Positions 13,195 to 26,654 of a DNA stretch of 64,000 nt are shown here, piece by piece. The stretch lies in contig NC_087437.1 in assembly GCF_036321535.1 (NCBI RefSeq), positions 55,492,001 to 55,556,000 on the forward strand, written 5' to 3'. The stretch's first letter is position 1, and every line of letters begins with the position of its first letter. The DNA comes from Camelus dromedarius. Its lineage: Eukaryota. Under the pieces are notes generated by a model. That model saw only the letters and a program-made list of their open reading frames with translations, made no database searches and was not told where the DNA came from. Position numbers and translations under genes: made by a program.

Positions 13195-13445
13195 TGTAAG
13201 TCTTTAAGAGTTCTGGCTCTGGAGCCCAATATCTGGATTTTAATTCCACTTCTACTACTTTTTTGGCCTGAGACCCTGGCAAACTTAACTTCTCTCTACT
13301 TAGTTCCTTCATCTGTAATATAGAGATAATAAGAGTAGCTATCTCATAGAGCTGTTTTGAGGATTAAATGCGTTTTCTTATGTAAAGAACTTAGAATGGC
13401 ACTTGGCAGATAGCATCATAAAAGTGTTAGGTATAATAACAGTAA
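13195..13445 (+). mobile_element. MIR SINE, near full length
   Basis: ggctctggagccc...ttagttccttcatctgtaatatagagataataagagtagctatctcatagagctgttttgaggattaaatg...gtaaagaacttagaatggcacttggca. Confidence 0.85.
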
Positions 13446-14419
13446 TAAATTTTATTAACTTATTTATTTCTTTGCATTAACCACTATTCTCACCCTGTCC
13501 ATTGTACCCAACTATCCTGGACTACCTGCTCTTCCCAGTTAAGCCAAGCATGTTCCCATCTCTTCACTTACACTTGAATCATTTGTTCTGATGAAATGAA
13601 CTTCCCTCACTTAAACTCATAATGAAATGTTCTCATTCTTTATCATTCAGATCCTGTGACCTTACAAATGTGAAGTCTCCTCACACCATGCTCTTTAGTA
13701 GCAACCCTTAGCAGAATTCACTACAACCTCTCCTGTGCTCCCATGACATTCTTCGTATTGGATCATGGTTACATATGTCTCATTACTAAAGTGGGAGCTT
13801 CCTGAGTCCACAAAATGTCATCCTTTAGTCTCTCTCCAGAGCCTTAGGCAGGATCCTGACCCAAATGAACACTCTATGTATAGTCATCAAGTGAATTAAT
13901 TAGATGGCACTGTACATTACTGATACCAGAAAAAGTAAAACCATTAGAAATCATGAGAACTCCAACCAAGATACCACTAGAGTTTGTCGAACTGTCTACA
14001 AATAAGAACTGATGTAAATTAATAGCACATGCAGAATTATAATGGATTAAAAAGGGGCTTTTCAAGAATGTTATCTTATAACTAAAGCCAATTCATTTTT
14101 ATTTTTATTGAGTAAGAAAACAATTATGCCATAATTTCCCTCTAAAACGATCACAAATTAAAAAAAATGGTGATGATGTATAGCATGTTATCTCACTATA
14201 TTTCAAAAGCTCATAAAATTTTATTTATCTAGTCCCAAACACTTTGTGATACCATGTTTATACACACATGCACGGGTACGCACACAAGACCAGCACCACT
14301 GCTGCACAGCAAGAATGGAGTACATATGATATCGCTAATGGTAAATGCTGCAGCATGCCAAGAGCAGAGTACAACCATAAACTTGTAGTTGCTAAACACT
14401 ATTGCCTTAAAATACATAA

Positions 14420-15175
14420 TTCACAAAGTAAACTGGGCAAATTCATAATCACTGTGGGCAATTCTTAACACCCATGTATCAACAACTGATCTACGAATCA
14501 GATAAAATTTAGCCCTGAGTATAGAAGATTTGAAGACAAAATTAACTAGTTGATCTAAACTAGTTGTTTGCTATGATCCAAGCAATTAGTCACAAAGGCA
14601 GTTTCACCAAGTTTCAGAGTCAATGTCATGCTCTTGAACCAAAATGGACTTAAATTAGAAATCACCTGTATAAAAGAACGCTTACATCCACTCTCAATAG
14701 TAATGCATGTTTGCAAGTGAAGAAATGCATTCTAAAATAAATTATAACTTAACAGGCAAATCATATTCAACTTAAGAAACTACAAAAGAGGAACTATGTA
14801 AAACTAAAGAATTTGGAGGAAGTAAGTACAAATAGCAAGAGCCAAAAATAATTTAAAACAAAACAGTAAACAGCAAAATCAAACACCAATTCTTTAAAAA
14901 AATAAAAATTAACCAATTTTAATCACATAAATCTCTATTGAAACTAATCAATAAAAAGAAAAGGCAATGGATAAATGTACTCAATATTCAATAATCAGTA
15001 TTAAATTTTAATAAATCATTTCAAATTGTCAAAAATATTAGGAATAAAAAGAGGAGACGACTGTTTCCTAGAAATATATTAATTATAAACTTGATTCATG
15101 AAAAAATAATAAATGCATTCAATGAATGGCAATTATAAAAACTGGATTGATTATCAAATACTCCCTACAGAATAT
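14420..15175 (+). mobile_element. Ancient L1 ORF2 (endonuclease and downstream region) remnant with internal deletions
   Basis: cataatcactgtgggcaattcttaacaccc...tatagaagatttgaagacaaaattaac...aattagaaatca; A-rich L1 sense-strand bias. Confidence 0.6.
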
Positions 15176-15194
15176 GCAGAGCTTGTTTTGAATA

Positions 15195-15499
15195 TACAGA
15201 ACTTAACTATATGCTGCCCACAAGCACATAGACCCCAGATCAGCTGAAAACCTTGCTACCAATCAGTCAGAAGAATGTCTGTAGGTTGATCACCCACCCC
15301 AAAACCCTCCCTCTGAGCATCTTTAGAAAAACTTTTCCCTGAAAGTCACTGGGGAGTTTGGGTCTTTTGAATATCAGCAGCCTGGACTCTTTGCCTGGCA
15401 CCCTGCAATAAATGCTGTACTTTCCCTCACCACAACCTGGTGTCAGTAGGTTATCTTTACTGTGCGTGGGCTGGTGGACCCAAGCTTGGTTTGGTAACC
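15195..15499 (+). mobile_element. ERV1-type solo LTR (3' part)
   Basis: cccaaaaccctccctc...ctgaaagtcactggggagtttgggtcttttga...AATAAA (15407)...gacccaagcttggtttggtaac terminus. Confidence 0.75.
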
Positions 15500-15534
15500 C
15501 TGTGTGTCACGTACTATTTTAAAAGTGGTAAGAT

Positions 15535-16700
15535 AGAAATTCTTCTACACTGCTGGTGAAAAATAAGATTATATAACAATTTTAGAGATATCCAGTAAAA
15601 CTGAGATAAACATATTCTTTGACCCCCTCAATTTCTCCCCAAGAGATGCCTGTGTGTTCGTGCCCTGAGACATGTATTAGGATGTACATTGCAGTGCTAC
15701 ATCAGTGAAGAGTTAGAAACAACACAATATCCATCAAAAAAATGTGCAGTTGGTATTTATAAACAAAAGCCATGTATCTTAATATAGTTACATCTCAAAG
15801 GCATAACGGGGAGTTTGGACAGTAAAAATAGAGTGGCCTACAGAGATTTGATAAAACACAAAGTCAAAATAGAGATTCTGTGGTGCTAGGGCATGGGATT
15901 AGAATCAGAAAGAGAATTATAAGTAGCTAAGTTATATCTGTAACATTTTCTCTCTCAGTAAAAGAAAGAAGGCAGAAAAAAATCTGAAGAAAAATAATAA
16001 AGGAATTGTTTTAGCATCCTGTTTGAGAAAGCAAATCTACAAGATATAAAAATCCAGGCCAAAATCAGACATAGCTCCATGACACTCAATTCTGGATTGC
16101 GGTAGGGCAGTGTCTTTCTTTCCTTTCTTTCTGAAGGAAAGAAACTGTGACTAAAGGATATTCTACTCACCAAGACATCATTCATTGTATAAAGGCAGTG
16201 GTAACAGGCTGACATTCTGTCCCATGAAAGCATCCAGGGAGTATTTAAGTACACAAGAGCCTTTTTGGAAAACATTTCTTGACAATGATATCTAGCCAAT
16301 TAAAGGATGACTCAAAGAACACAAAAATGAAAAAGGCATTATTAAAAAAAATAATAAAGATGACTAGTAAACAGTGACTTCACTTAAAAACAGAAGAAAT
16401 GCCAAGCAATTTTTCTAATTATGATAACAGGACAGAAAGTATATTTTATAAACATTAGCAGTGTAAAACTAATGGAAACCACAAGCTGAGAGAAGGATTT
16501 TATGCAGTAATTTTCAGTCTTCATATGCTCATGTTTTTAGACAAGGGATTCACAACAGTGTCTACATTCAAAGTATGTAGTTAAAGCATAATTTCACCTA
16601 TTTTTTCATAACTAGTTTTTTTAAATCTAGAGGAATCTTTTACAAAAATAGTATTTCTTGTAGCAAAAAAACATTGAAAAATATCAACAACTTCAGGTTA
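15535..16700 (+). mobile_element. Ancient L1 (L1M) ORF2 end and 3' UTR fragments
   Basis: ttctacactgctggtgaaaa...catattctttgaccc...ttagaaacaacacaatatccatca; 3' UTR-like tract at 16100-16700. Confidence 0.55.
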
Positions 16701-17049
16701 ATAAAGCACTTGTAATTATTGTTAGCACTTATTATATACTATTATAGTAATTAATAACTTAAAATTAAATAGCATTTTTTCATAAAAATTCTTTCAATTT
16801 CTCTAGTTATGTTCCTTTGTCTCTCTCTTTGGTCAGTATCTATGAACAAAAAAATGTCTGAAATGATTTTCATCTAATGTTATCTGTGGTTATAGGATCT
16901 CAGGTAATTATTTTATTATTCTGCTCTCCTGAATAATAAGTAAAATAAAACTGCACCAGTTTTACAGAAACAGTAAGATTATTTTTTATTAAAAAGTAAA
17001 CCTGATCCGTATCTTCCCCTTAAGCTGCTTAAGAACCTTAGTTTCATTC

Positions 17050-18080
17050 CATTCCCCTGCACCCAACTTTCAGACACATCTTATATTAAAAAACATCTTA
17101 GGTTTTACTTTCAAATATGTATTAATTGTATTATGATAAATGCTTATTTAGATTCTAAATTTCTAATTTTCTGATTTCTGTGTTTATCTATGTTCCTTGA
17201 AACTCACATCTTCTTCTTGGTTTCATTTTTTATTTTGTGGAGCACATCAACCAACAATTCTTTTTAATGAAGTTTTGCACTGATAAACTCTCCAAGCTCG
17301 CACATTGGTAGTGAATTTATTTTGTCCTTACACTTAAATAATAGTTTAGCTGGTAATTGAATTAGAAAATCAAAATAACTTGTCCTCAGATTGTAAACAC
17401 ATTACTTAACTCTAGTGTCCAGGGTGGATAACCTGATTCTTGCTTCTAAGATGTCTATTTCTTCTCTCTGGAAGATTGGAAGATTGTTTTTTCCACTCTT
17501 GCTTTTGATGTGACTAAACTGGGGACTTCTTTCTTTATTCTGCTTAATAATTGGCAGACATTTCAACATGAAGAATCCTGTCTTCGGATCTGGGAATGCC
17601 ATCATAGTACTGTTATCAAGTTTTACGTCCCTCTTCTCTCTCTAAATTTTTGAGATAATTATCAACTTTTCTTCTATACTTTATCATTGACCTTTCCCCT
17701 GTCTTTTGGAAGATTTATTAGCTTCATCTTCAGCTGTAGCTGCTCTACTATTCAATCAACTTACTGTAATTTTAATTTTGGTAATTACATTTTATCTCCA
17801 GGATATCTAATTGATATTTTTTCACAAGGGAGTTATTGATTCGTCAACATGGTAAACCCTCATTACCCTGAAGACACTAATTATGATTTTCAGAGAGTCT
17901 TTTTTGCACTAGGAACTCTATTTCCTTGAGTGCCATTGCCTCATGTTTATTGAAATTGGTGACTCTCTCTCTTTCTAACGTTATTGATTTTACTCAAATA
18001 TTGATAATTCGGCTTGTCTCTTCATTTTAATGTTTAACTTTTTTGACAATATGATTTCTGTGTTTTCCAGCCTGTCTTCA
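17050..18080 (-). mobile_element. Ancient L1/HAL1 ORF1-region remnant
   Basis: gataaactctcc...tttattttgtccttacacttaaataatagtttagctgg; T-rich, resembles antisense L1 ORF1. Confidence 0.55.
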
Positions 18081-19569
18081 AAATTATAAAAGAGGGAGAA
18101 ATGTGCTGTCCGTTAGGTTATACCAATAGCTGACTTTGCAAATATGAAGATTTCCTTTTCCTTTTAAAGGTAAACAATCATCCAAGGTCCCACCCTGTGT
18201 CTCAGGTCCAAGCATTCATAGTTACTGCTTTTGCTTAGAGCAGAAGCACTTTTTTTTTTTTCTACTGTCTATAGCCTGAGAAGTGAGAGATGCAGAGAGG
18301 AGAGCTCTCTAACATATTACCCTGATGATTGCTGCAAAGATTTCCCTTCAAACTTGGCAAACACACATCCAGAGGCATTTTCTTTTATAGTAGTGGTCCC
18401 TTTTAAGTGTGTTGAACTGTGATTTTCTCAGTAATCAAATCCTGTTTGTGTGTGTGTGTGTATATATGTATATGACAACAATCTAGTATAATTTCTGTTA
18501 AACAGAGATAAATCTTCCTTGTTTTTCAGCACTGTTACTCATTTATATTGATTCAAAATTCATATATATAATAGATATAAGACAACATATAATTCTATAT
18601 TTATAGTTTTGCATATATATACACACATGCATACATGCATTTAGTGATTGCTAAGGGTGTAAAACATGGAAAGGAGATAGGTACGTGCACTCAGTTCACC
18701 ATTTATTTCACTTTCACTCAGTATCTCTTTAAGTTGAGAGCATAATCATTTTCTTGCTTTAAGAAAAAGTTATATGTAAAAGAAATTCCAAGAATTCAAA
18801 ATAGCACAGGTCAAGCTTGTATGTGCATGTAGGTTAAGGATTTAAAAGAACTCTTAAATAAATAAATATCACTAATTACTACTCTTTATATTTGAAAAAT
18901 AAAATTCTGAGTTGTACCCCACACCCCATAACCTTTTTATCAATATTAGGATGCTGGAGATTAGACTTAATTTATTAGAAGTCTAATTTTTAATTTCAGA
19001 AATCTAATGAGTTACTGGCATTCCATTAATATTTTATGACATGCACATTATTACAGATATAAATAAACTATTTAATGCCTTATCATCAGATACATTTCAG
19101 AATTAAAAATACAATATTACCTGTAATAAACCACATCATTAACCGTTCTTTTATTAACCTCTCTTCTGGTTCTCTTTAATGGCAGTGTTGTTAGTGGTAT
19201 GAGATTATCACGGTTTTACCTCGTAGACCTGCTAGGTTTCTCTGAACTATCGACCTCAGGACTTCTTGTAAGAGACAGAAAACCCCTTACTGTTTAAATT
19301 ACTTTTGACCGGCTTTCTGTGACTGCAAATAAATACACCCTAATAAGAAAAAAGAACTAATTTTTTTTAAAGTTACTGGTAAAAATGCTATTTTCCTTTT
19401 TCATTTAAGGAGATAAGTTTTTTAACTTATAAGTTGACTTTGTTGTATATAAAAAATAAATTTTATTCATAAACATTTATTTTGTCTTTTACTGTTGCTT
19501 GATAATGGTTAAAATAAGTTCTGAGTGCTATTCTGGCTTACATGATTCTGAGAGCAGTTCCAGAATGGA

Positions 19570-19582
19570 GTTAAATATTAAC
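19570..19582. promoter_or_regulatory. HNF1-type palindromic site
   Basis: GTTAAATATTAAC versus consensus GTTAATNATTAAC (one mismatch), in repeat-free DNA ~70 bp upstream of a G|GTAAGT donor. Confidence 0.45.
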
Positions 19583-20789
19583 CTTCGCAAAACAACCCAG
19601 CCTAGCTCTCAGCCACAATGGCTGAAATGAACTACAATATTTAGCATTGGTAAGTTATTTTCTCAGGCTACATAATAATGAATTGCTCTCAGACTCATTA
19701 TGTGGATCCAGGAAGATAAATCTGCTCTGGTTGTGAGCTTTGATCTATTACATATACTGGCCCAGAGATAGATCTGCTTGGCAACAGAATAAATCTACTT
19801 TCTTGTAACAAAAAACAAAAACAAACAAACAAACAAAAAAATTCCTGCACTAAATTAGTATGAACTTACTTAAAACAAATCAGATTTAACCAAACTTTTT
19901 ATTGACCAAGTGAAAGGAAGTTTCAAAAAAAAAAGGACACAAAAGTACACTGAATGTTTTAAAGAAAAAAATTTTATCATCTCTCCTTTCTATCTTCATT
20001 GTTCAAAGAATTATATACAAATTTATACACTTTAATTTTTATTAATTCATATGTTAACCTGAGGAACAGATTGAAAAACATTTAACTGGAAACTTGGATC
20101 TGGTAGATAGGTAGTACTGAATATATTTTTGAAAGCCAATCTTCACTGGTAGTGTTTATAGCAAATACCTTCACATAATGATCCGATGGTCTCAAATCTA
20201 TAGGCCACTATTTACCTAGAAACAAATTGACATTTAAATATACAAATACTATTCAGGACGGCGAGTGTCAAAATGTGTTGCTCCATGAGACTAAAGCAAA
20301 TACAACAAGAAATGGTTTGAAATGCGCTGTAAGTAATATTTAACCTATTGGATTTAGAATCAGAAAACCTAGGTACATGCTTCCATTTATTACCTTTGAG
20401 ACTGTGGGCTTCAGTTTCTCATCTCCAAAGAGAAGACAGTAGTGGTAATGACGATGATATAACAGCAACAATGACAGCAATTTGTTTTAAACTATAGGAG
20501 AAGTTTTTTGAATGAAAAATTTATTTAAAAAATTTAGAATGTTCTGAATTGCTACGTGATGGGCCATGTAACATATCAGCTAAAAAAATAAATAAAAGCA
20601 GATGGCTCATTTAACATTCATTCTAAGAGTTCTGTTTATAGTTTTGACTTTGTGATAATTTTTTTTGTTGTTGTTATCTGGGATTACCCCAACGTGATCA
20701 TTTTTTTTTTTAAAGTTCTTAACCTATTCCATGGGTCAAATGTTTTTTGGGGGGAATCCCACAAGGCCATCTCTACAGAGTCTTAGAAG

Positions 20790-21070
20790 CACTGGAGTTG
20801 GAATTTCAGAAATCTGGGGTCTGTTTATAGCTGTCACATTAACTGTGTGGCTTTAGGCAAATCACTTTAACCAAACTGATTTGGGGCAAACCCAGAGTTT
20901 TGTGAATACCAAATGAGGTAATGGATGTGAAAGTGCTTTGTTGACTGAATATGCTTTTGGTTCCCTTTGTGAACCTGAACACGCTGAGTTCTCTCTCTGG
21001 GTGACTCAGTTTTCTCATTTGTAGAATTAATAAGTTGGATAGGATCATCTCTGAATGACTTCCAGTGTTT
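20790..21070 (+). mobile_element. Two adjacent MIR fragments
   Basis: ctgtgtggctttaggcaaatcactttaacc...gatgtgaaagtgctttg; ctcagttttctcatttgtagaatta...gttggataggatcatctct. Confidence 0.6.
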
Positions 21071-22469
21071 CTATTAATTCAGTCCGTAATTCATACTTAA
21101 AGAATTGCATCTTAATTTTTTAAGTGTTCAAACATTTTAGGAAATGCTAAAGCATAAGATAAATATTTGTTTTTTATCATTGGCATAGGTAGAGACTAAG
21201 AAGATACAACTGGCAAAAGGACAATATTATCAGGGTCTGATATGTTTTTTATTATGTTTTCTCTACCCTGCCTCTTCTTTTCCTGAGCATCCAGCACTAT
21301 GGTGACAGGATGACTTGGGAAAACAGACACAGAGAAACATCCACATGCTGACTTTCCGTCCCTCTACTTTGTTTGTTTGTTTATTTGTTGGTTTGTTTTT
21401 AGTTAAGTTCAAAGCAAAGGTGAAACATAGCCTACCAAGGACTTGCACACTAGGCACTAAACTTAGACCGGCCCAAGACCCCAATGAAGGCTTCCCAACC
21501 TCTTTACAAGTGTGTCTGATTATACACTTTTGACTTTCTCCAAAGAATCTACTTGAAAAAAATATATAAACGGCATTGGGGTTTTTCTTTTTTAATTCTT
21601 AATTTTCCTTAGTTTCTAGCAGCAAATGCCCTTGATGAAACTTTCAAATTTTTAGGTGCCCATTTCAGGAGATAAGGAGAGTCTCTATAGGACATCAGAG
21701 AGGAGCGAAACATGGTCCTACACCTCAGGTGGTATCATGGAAGGGTTTCCTCAAGAAAAATGGACAGGATGGGTGATTATGGAGACAGGATGACTGAGAG
21801 ACATCCTTGGGGCATTCATTTCGGTGTTCGTTCTGGAAAAGACACTATGTCTCACATTTTCCAGATCCCTGGTGTCCAGTGGTTATACACTCCCTTTGCA
21901 TTCTCACTCTCTGTCCTCCTAGACCCAGTTAGTATGATCCTGAAGTCCCCATCTTCCACCTCAGGAAGGTTTGGGGGAGATTTTCCAAGCACTCCAAATT
22001 GAAGTCCATTTTCCCACACAGAGTTGGTGGTATTTTATAGTCAGTTACTGTAACTATTTTGTACAGTGTTACAGGTGTATTATAGATAAAGTAGCTTTTT
22101 GTGGGATAAACCTGGATTCCTAACCAATATTCATGCCATAGTTTCCATTAGAAATTTGGATCTCAGTTCCAAACAACTGCTTGGTCTCTACATTAAGGAA
22201 GAGTTGAAGATAATTTTTTTTTTTTAAATATGCTCTTCCAAGTTGAGGAGAAGAGGCACATGAGAAATGAAGGTTCAGTCTAATCATGGTTTGGTGCTTG
22301 ATATCCCGAATCTTGGGAGAATGGTTTGAACTTCCATTTGCTTGACAGCAAAGTGAGACAGAACATTTCTACAGTGAGCTGACAGCGACACACTAGGCAT
22401 CTTCTGATAATCTTTATTTTTAAGTCTGCACTCTGGCCATATGGAATTACTGATTCCCCAGAACAGCCA

Positions 22470-22802
22470 TGCTGTCTCACACCTCTGATGCTAAACTCCC
22501 TCTGTATCCTTAAAGATGCAGCTCAAGCATCATTTCCAGGGAAACCTTTCTGAGCACCGCACACGTGCACAACACACACACACACACAACACAGTTCCCC
22601 CGGAGCTTCCACATGCCTTGTGCTCACCACTGTCACAGCATATAGCTCACTGCATAAAATTTGTCTCTTGACCTTCCATCTTTCCCTTCTTTAGAACAGG
22701 GGTCATGTTAACTGCCTTTGTATATCCGAACATTTGCACACCTCCTGGCACGTGGCAGGTAATCAATAAATAGCTCTTGCATAAATGACTGAATACATGA
22801 AA
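22470..22802 (+). mobile_element. L2 LINE 3' end containing a short (CA)n
   Basis: cagctcaagcatcatttccagggaaacctttctga...cctggcacgtggcaggtaatcaataaatagctcttgcataaatgactgaat. Confidence 0.8.
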
Positions 22803-25129
22803 AATAATGAGGATTTTTCTCCTGCAAAAGCAAATCTCTCTCTCTCTTTTTTTCTTTTTTTTTTTTTTACACTGAGTGATGCCCCTGCAATTCACTGCTC
22901 AGCTTACCCGGGCCAAGCATATCTCGAGGAGGGTGAGTAATCAAAGCTGCTTCGTGTCCCAGAACTCGTTAGCGGGAGCCCTGCAGGGTGAAACCATGCT
23001 CTTTCCCCCTCATTCACCCAGTCACACCGACAACATTTGGGAGCTATGGGGAAGCGCCCAGAGCCCACGCCCTTCCTTTAGACTGTGCCTTGGCCCCTTA
23101 GGCACAAAGTGTTCCCAAGTGAAGTCTGAGTCAGCCACTTCTGCCTATCCGCACGCCTGGCTGCTGTCCAAGACTTAGATAAGAAACCACCCAGGTGCTC
23201 AACCTCAGAAAACCAGCAACAAGGTGGTCTGGGCCAACAGAGACCAAGTTAACCGAGTGCAGAATAAAAGAGGAAGTGAGCCCTACCAGAGAGTCAGGAG
23301 ACTGGGTCTAGTTCATTGGTAATCTGTGCGACCTTCGGCAAGTCATCTCCCTCTGGGCCAAGTCACATCACTGGGAACGAAGTGGGTTAGGGTTAAATGA
23401 TCTCTATGGTTTCTCCAATTCTCCAGTTCTAGGTTCTGAGATAAAGGGCAGGCTGAAGATTTCCCATACCTAAAAAGATAGTGGTAGTTGCCTGTAGCAT
23501 CCCTATCCACAGGGAAAGGGCCAAGAGGGGCAGCTCAAGTTCACAGTCAGTGATGATTCAAAATGCATTCAGGATACTCTCTCGGCCCTTCCTCCGTGAG
23601 GCTTGCTCTAAGAAAGCTTAGTCTCACAGCCCCTAATTATTAGCAGTAGGTAATGCTGTATTATCACCAAGCCTGGGCCATAGTCTAGTGTGATCTGCCA
23701 CTTAAACAAGCACCTCACTGCTCCATTCTGCACACCATGTGTGACTACACCACCCCCTCTGCACCGCCTACCTGCTGAGTCCCCACCAAGCCCTGCATTT
23801 ATGCCCTGTAGGTAGGTTAGGCTCGAATTCTGATTTATTTGGAATAGATCAATAGGAGGAATACTAACAATAGCATCACTTCTACCCAGAGTACCACCTT
23901 TTATTCAGCGTTTAGTGCTTCCAAGACTTGTGCCGTATGCTTCATATGTTTACTCATTTTGTTCTCATAACCACTCTGTTAAGGCTGTATTTTTATTCCC
24001 CTCATACAAAAGAAGAAACCTGAAGTTCATTGTTAATGTCATTCAGACAATATGTATAAACTCGCTGAGAAAGGCTATATGACAATTATAATCCCTCCCA
24101 TTTGTGTAGCATTTTAAGCTGACAAAGACCATTTTACATCATCCTGTTTGGTTTTCCCTACGATGTAGTGGCTGAGTCATGACAATTTCCACTTTAAGGA
24201 ATGGAAACTTGAGTGAGGTTAGGAGATGATAGTTCAGGTTCCTTGATCCTCAGTCCTGAGCCTTCCCTGGAAACCACCCATCTCTGCTGGGATTCCTCAG
24301 AGGTGAAGAGGGGCCCAGGGACAGGGGGTTTCCTGGAGAACTGGTTCAAGGTCAGACATAGGGTGTGATGGTGAATTTCCGGAGCTTAGATTGAGATGGT
24401 GGATGAGGTCAGCATATGAACAAATGTAGGGACAGAGGGAGGACAAGTGGGGGAGAATCACTTTGCTCCTTGTTTCCTGGACCGTACGCACATAATGCCA
24501 ACAGTGTGCCGTCAGACCTGGCATTTGCCCAACCTCAGCAGCACAGAGGAAGGCCCCAGAGTGTGGTAAGAGGAGAGGTTGTTCTGGGCGGGGACATTCT
24601 GTTTCCGCAGGGGCTTTTGGTGCTTATTTAACCTGAAACTTCTCAAATAACTTGCTAGGATGGAATAGCAGGTGTTCACACTTAGTATGTTTGTGTGGCC
24701 TCATCTTATCTGCTGTTCTGTGGCAATTTCTCTTCTTTTATACCTATCGTCGGGTCATTAGTCAGATGGGGTGAATCATCCACCATGTTTAGAATGGAAT
24801 TAAGTATCTGAATCCTTAGGACAAGGAAATTTGACATCTCAGGTCCTAGGTAAAACTAAGCTTGCCAAACAAAGTTGGTGGCGATCATCCTATCATTGGG
24901 TGAAAATCAAAACTTAGAACATTCAAGATTGCTCTTATTTTATCAAAGCTTAATTCACAAAAGAATTGTAGGTAGAATTCACATTAAGAAACTAGGGGAT
25001 CTACTTATCTTATGCTTTGGCCCCTCTTAATTTAGTTCTAGAAGTCTGTAATTGCAAGCACGATCAAATCAAAGTCATCCTCCAGCACTGGGTATGTTCA
25101 TGCAGCTACTTGTGTCCCAGACCCTGAGT

Positions 25130-25840
25130 CAGCCTTGACTCTCTCCTTCTGCCTTCCTTGTGCGTTCAGTGATTTGCTCATTTCCACTGATCCTGCCTCC
25201 GAAATGTCCTCAGATTCACCTTTCAATCTCACTTCCATGTCTTTAGATTTGTCCCATGTTGTAATTCCTGTCAACTATTGCAATAGTCTTTTAATCATCA
25301 TCCAAACTCCAACCTGGGCCAGATTACCGATACTATACAAATAGACCACCTCCATGTGTAAAATCTTGCATGGTTCTGCAACCTCAGGGTAAAATTCCCA
25401 ACCCTGCACATTCCGCCCCCTGAGCCTCTTTGCTTGCCCATCAACCACACATTTATTTAGCCATATTGACTTTCTTGCAGTTCCTGGAACATACTATGCT
25501 CTAAGCCACTGTGTATCTGATTATCATGATTCCTTATCCAGAATGAATTTACTATTCTTGCCCTGCTATTGATTCATCACACTTACTTCACAGATTTCTT
25601 CTCCATGACCACTCCCATCCATCCCTGACTGCTCCCTCCCCCAGGCCTCCACTATCCGTTTATCCTTTGGCTATTTACACAATCTTCTCAGTTCTGATTT
25701 CACTGTAATCTCAGTTATTGGCACATACATTTGTTTACTCACCAAATTGAATTTCTCAAACACAATAGCTGTGCTTTTATCTTTTCCCTTCTATAGGAAG
25801 ACTCAACAAGGATTATTAGAATACATACTTAATAATACAT
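25130..25840 (+). mobile_element. L2 LINE fragment
   Basis: actattgcaatagtcttttaa...ggtaaaattcccaaccc...gactttcttgcagttcctggaacatac...ataggaagactcaacaagg. Confidence 0.7.
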
Positions 25841-26654
25841 TTAAAACTTTTCCCCAGTGCAAACAGGGTAGTTACTCATATTCTTTTTTTTTTTCCTTTA
25901 CTGAATGATACACGAAAAGCCTGTATCAGCATACTAATTTTTTAAAATTTTCTGAGAATGACCCTTGTTTAGTAATAAAGGTTTGTCCCTTCAAAATTGT
26001 TTAATTCAGAGGTCCACACTGCTGGAATAAATGGACGTCTGAGAATGTCCATGTCTACCCTCTTTACTATATAACTTCTGGGAATAATTGCTTGGGATAA
26101 CAGCCTGGCTGTATCATCTCTTAATATTCTTCCTACTTTTAACTTGTCATTCAGTCTTTACATCAATGCATTGTTCATTCAACCACTGTAAAAAATTTTG
26201 AAAAGAAATCATTTTAGTTTATATCACTAAGAGTTAAGTTGTCATTTTATAATGAAACATCATTCTTGTTTGGAGATACTGATGATACATTGGGAGGGTA
26301 AACATGTTTCAGCTTATTTATATTGGATGTGGAATATAAATGCCATTTTTATCTGTTCCTTTTCATTTATAGATAGTATTGTAATCTGAAAGCCTTTACT
26401 TGGTATTCTGGCTCATCTGTAAAGTAGAGGTCCAAATTATACCTGACTCACAGGGTTACTGAGAAGATTGAAAGATATAATACACACCAAGTGCTAACGT
26501 CTGGAACACAGTAAGTGATCTTTATTTTGAATTTCTTTCCTTGGCCTTCCTTACCTTAGGTCACTCTGTCTTGTAAAAACTAAACTGTCACTTTCTGATT
26601 CTGGAATCTTGTAAATGCTGCAGGGTACAAACGTGAAATTGTTTCGGTCACCCT

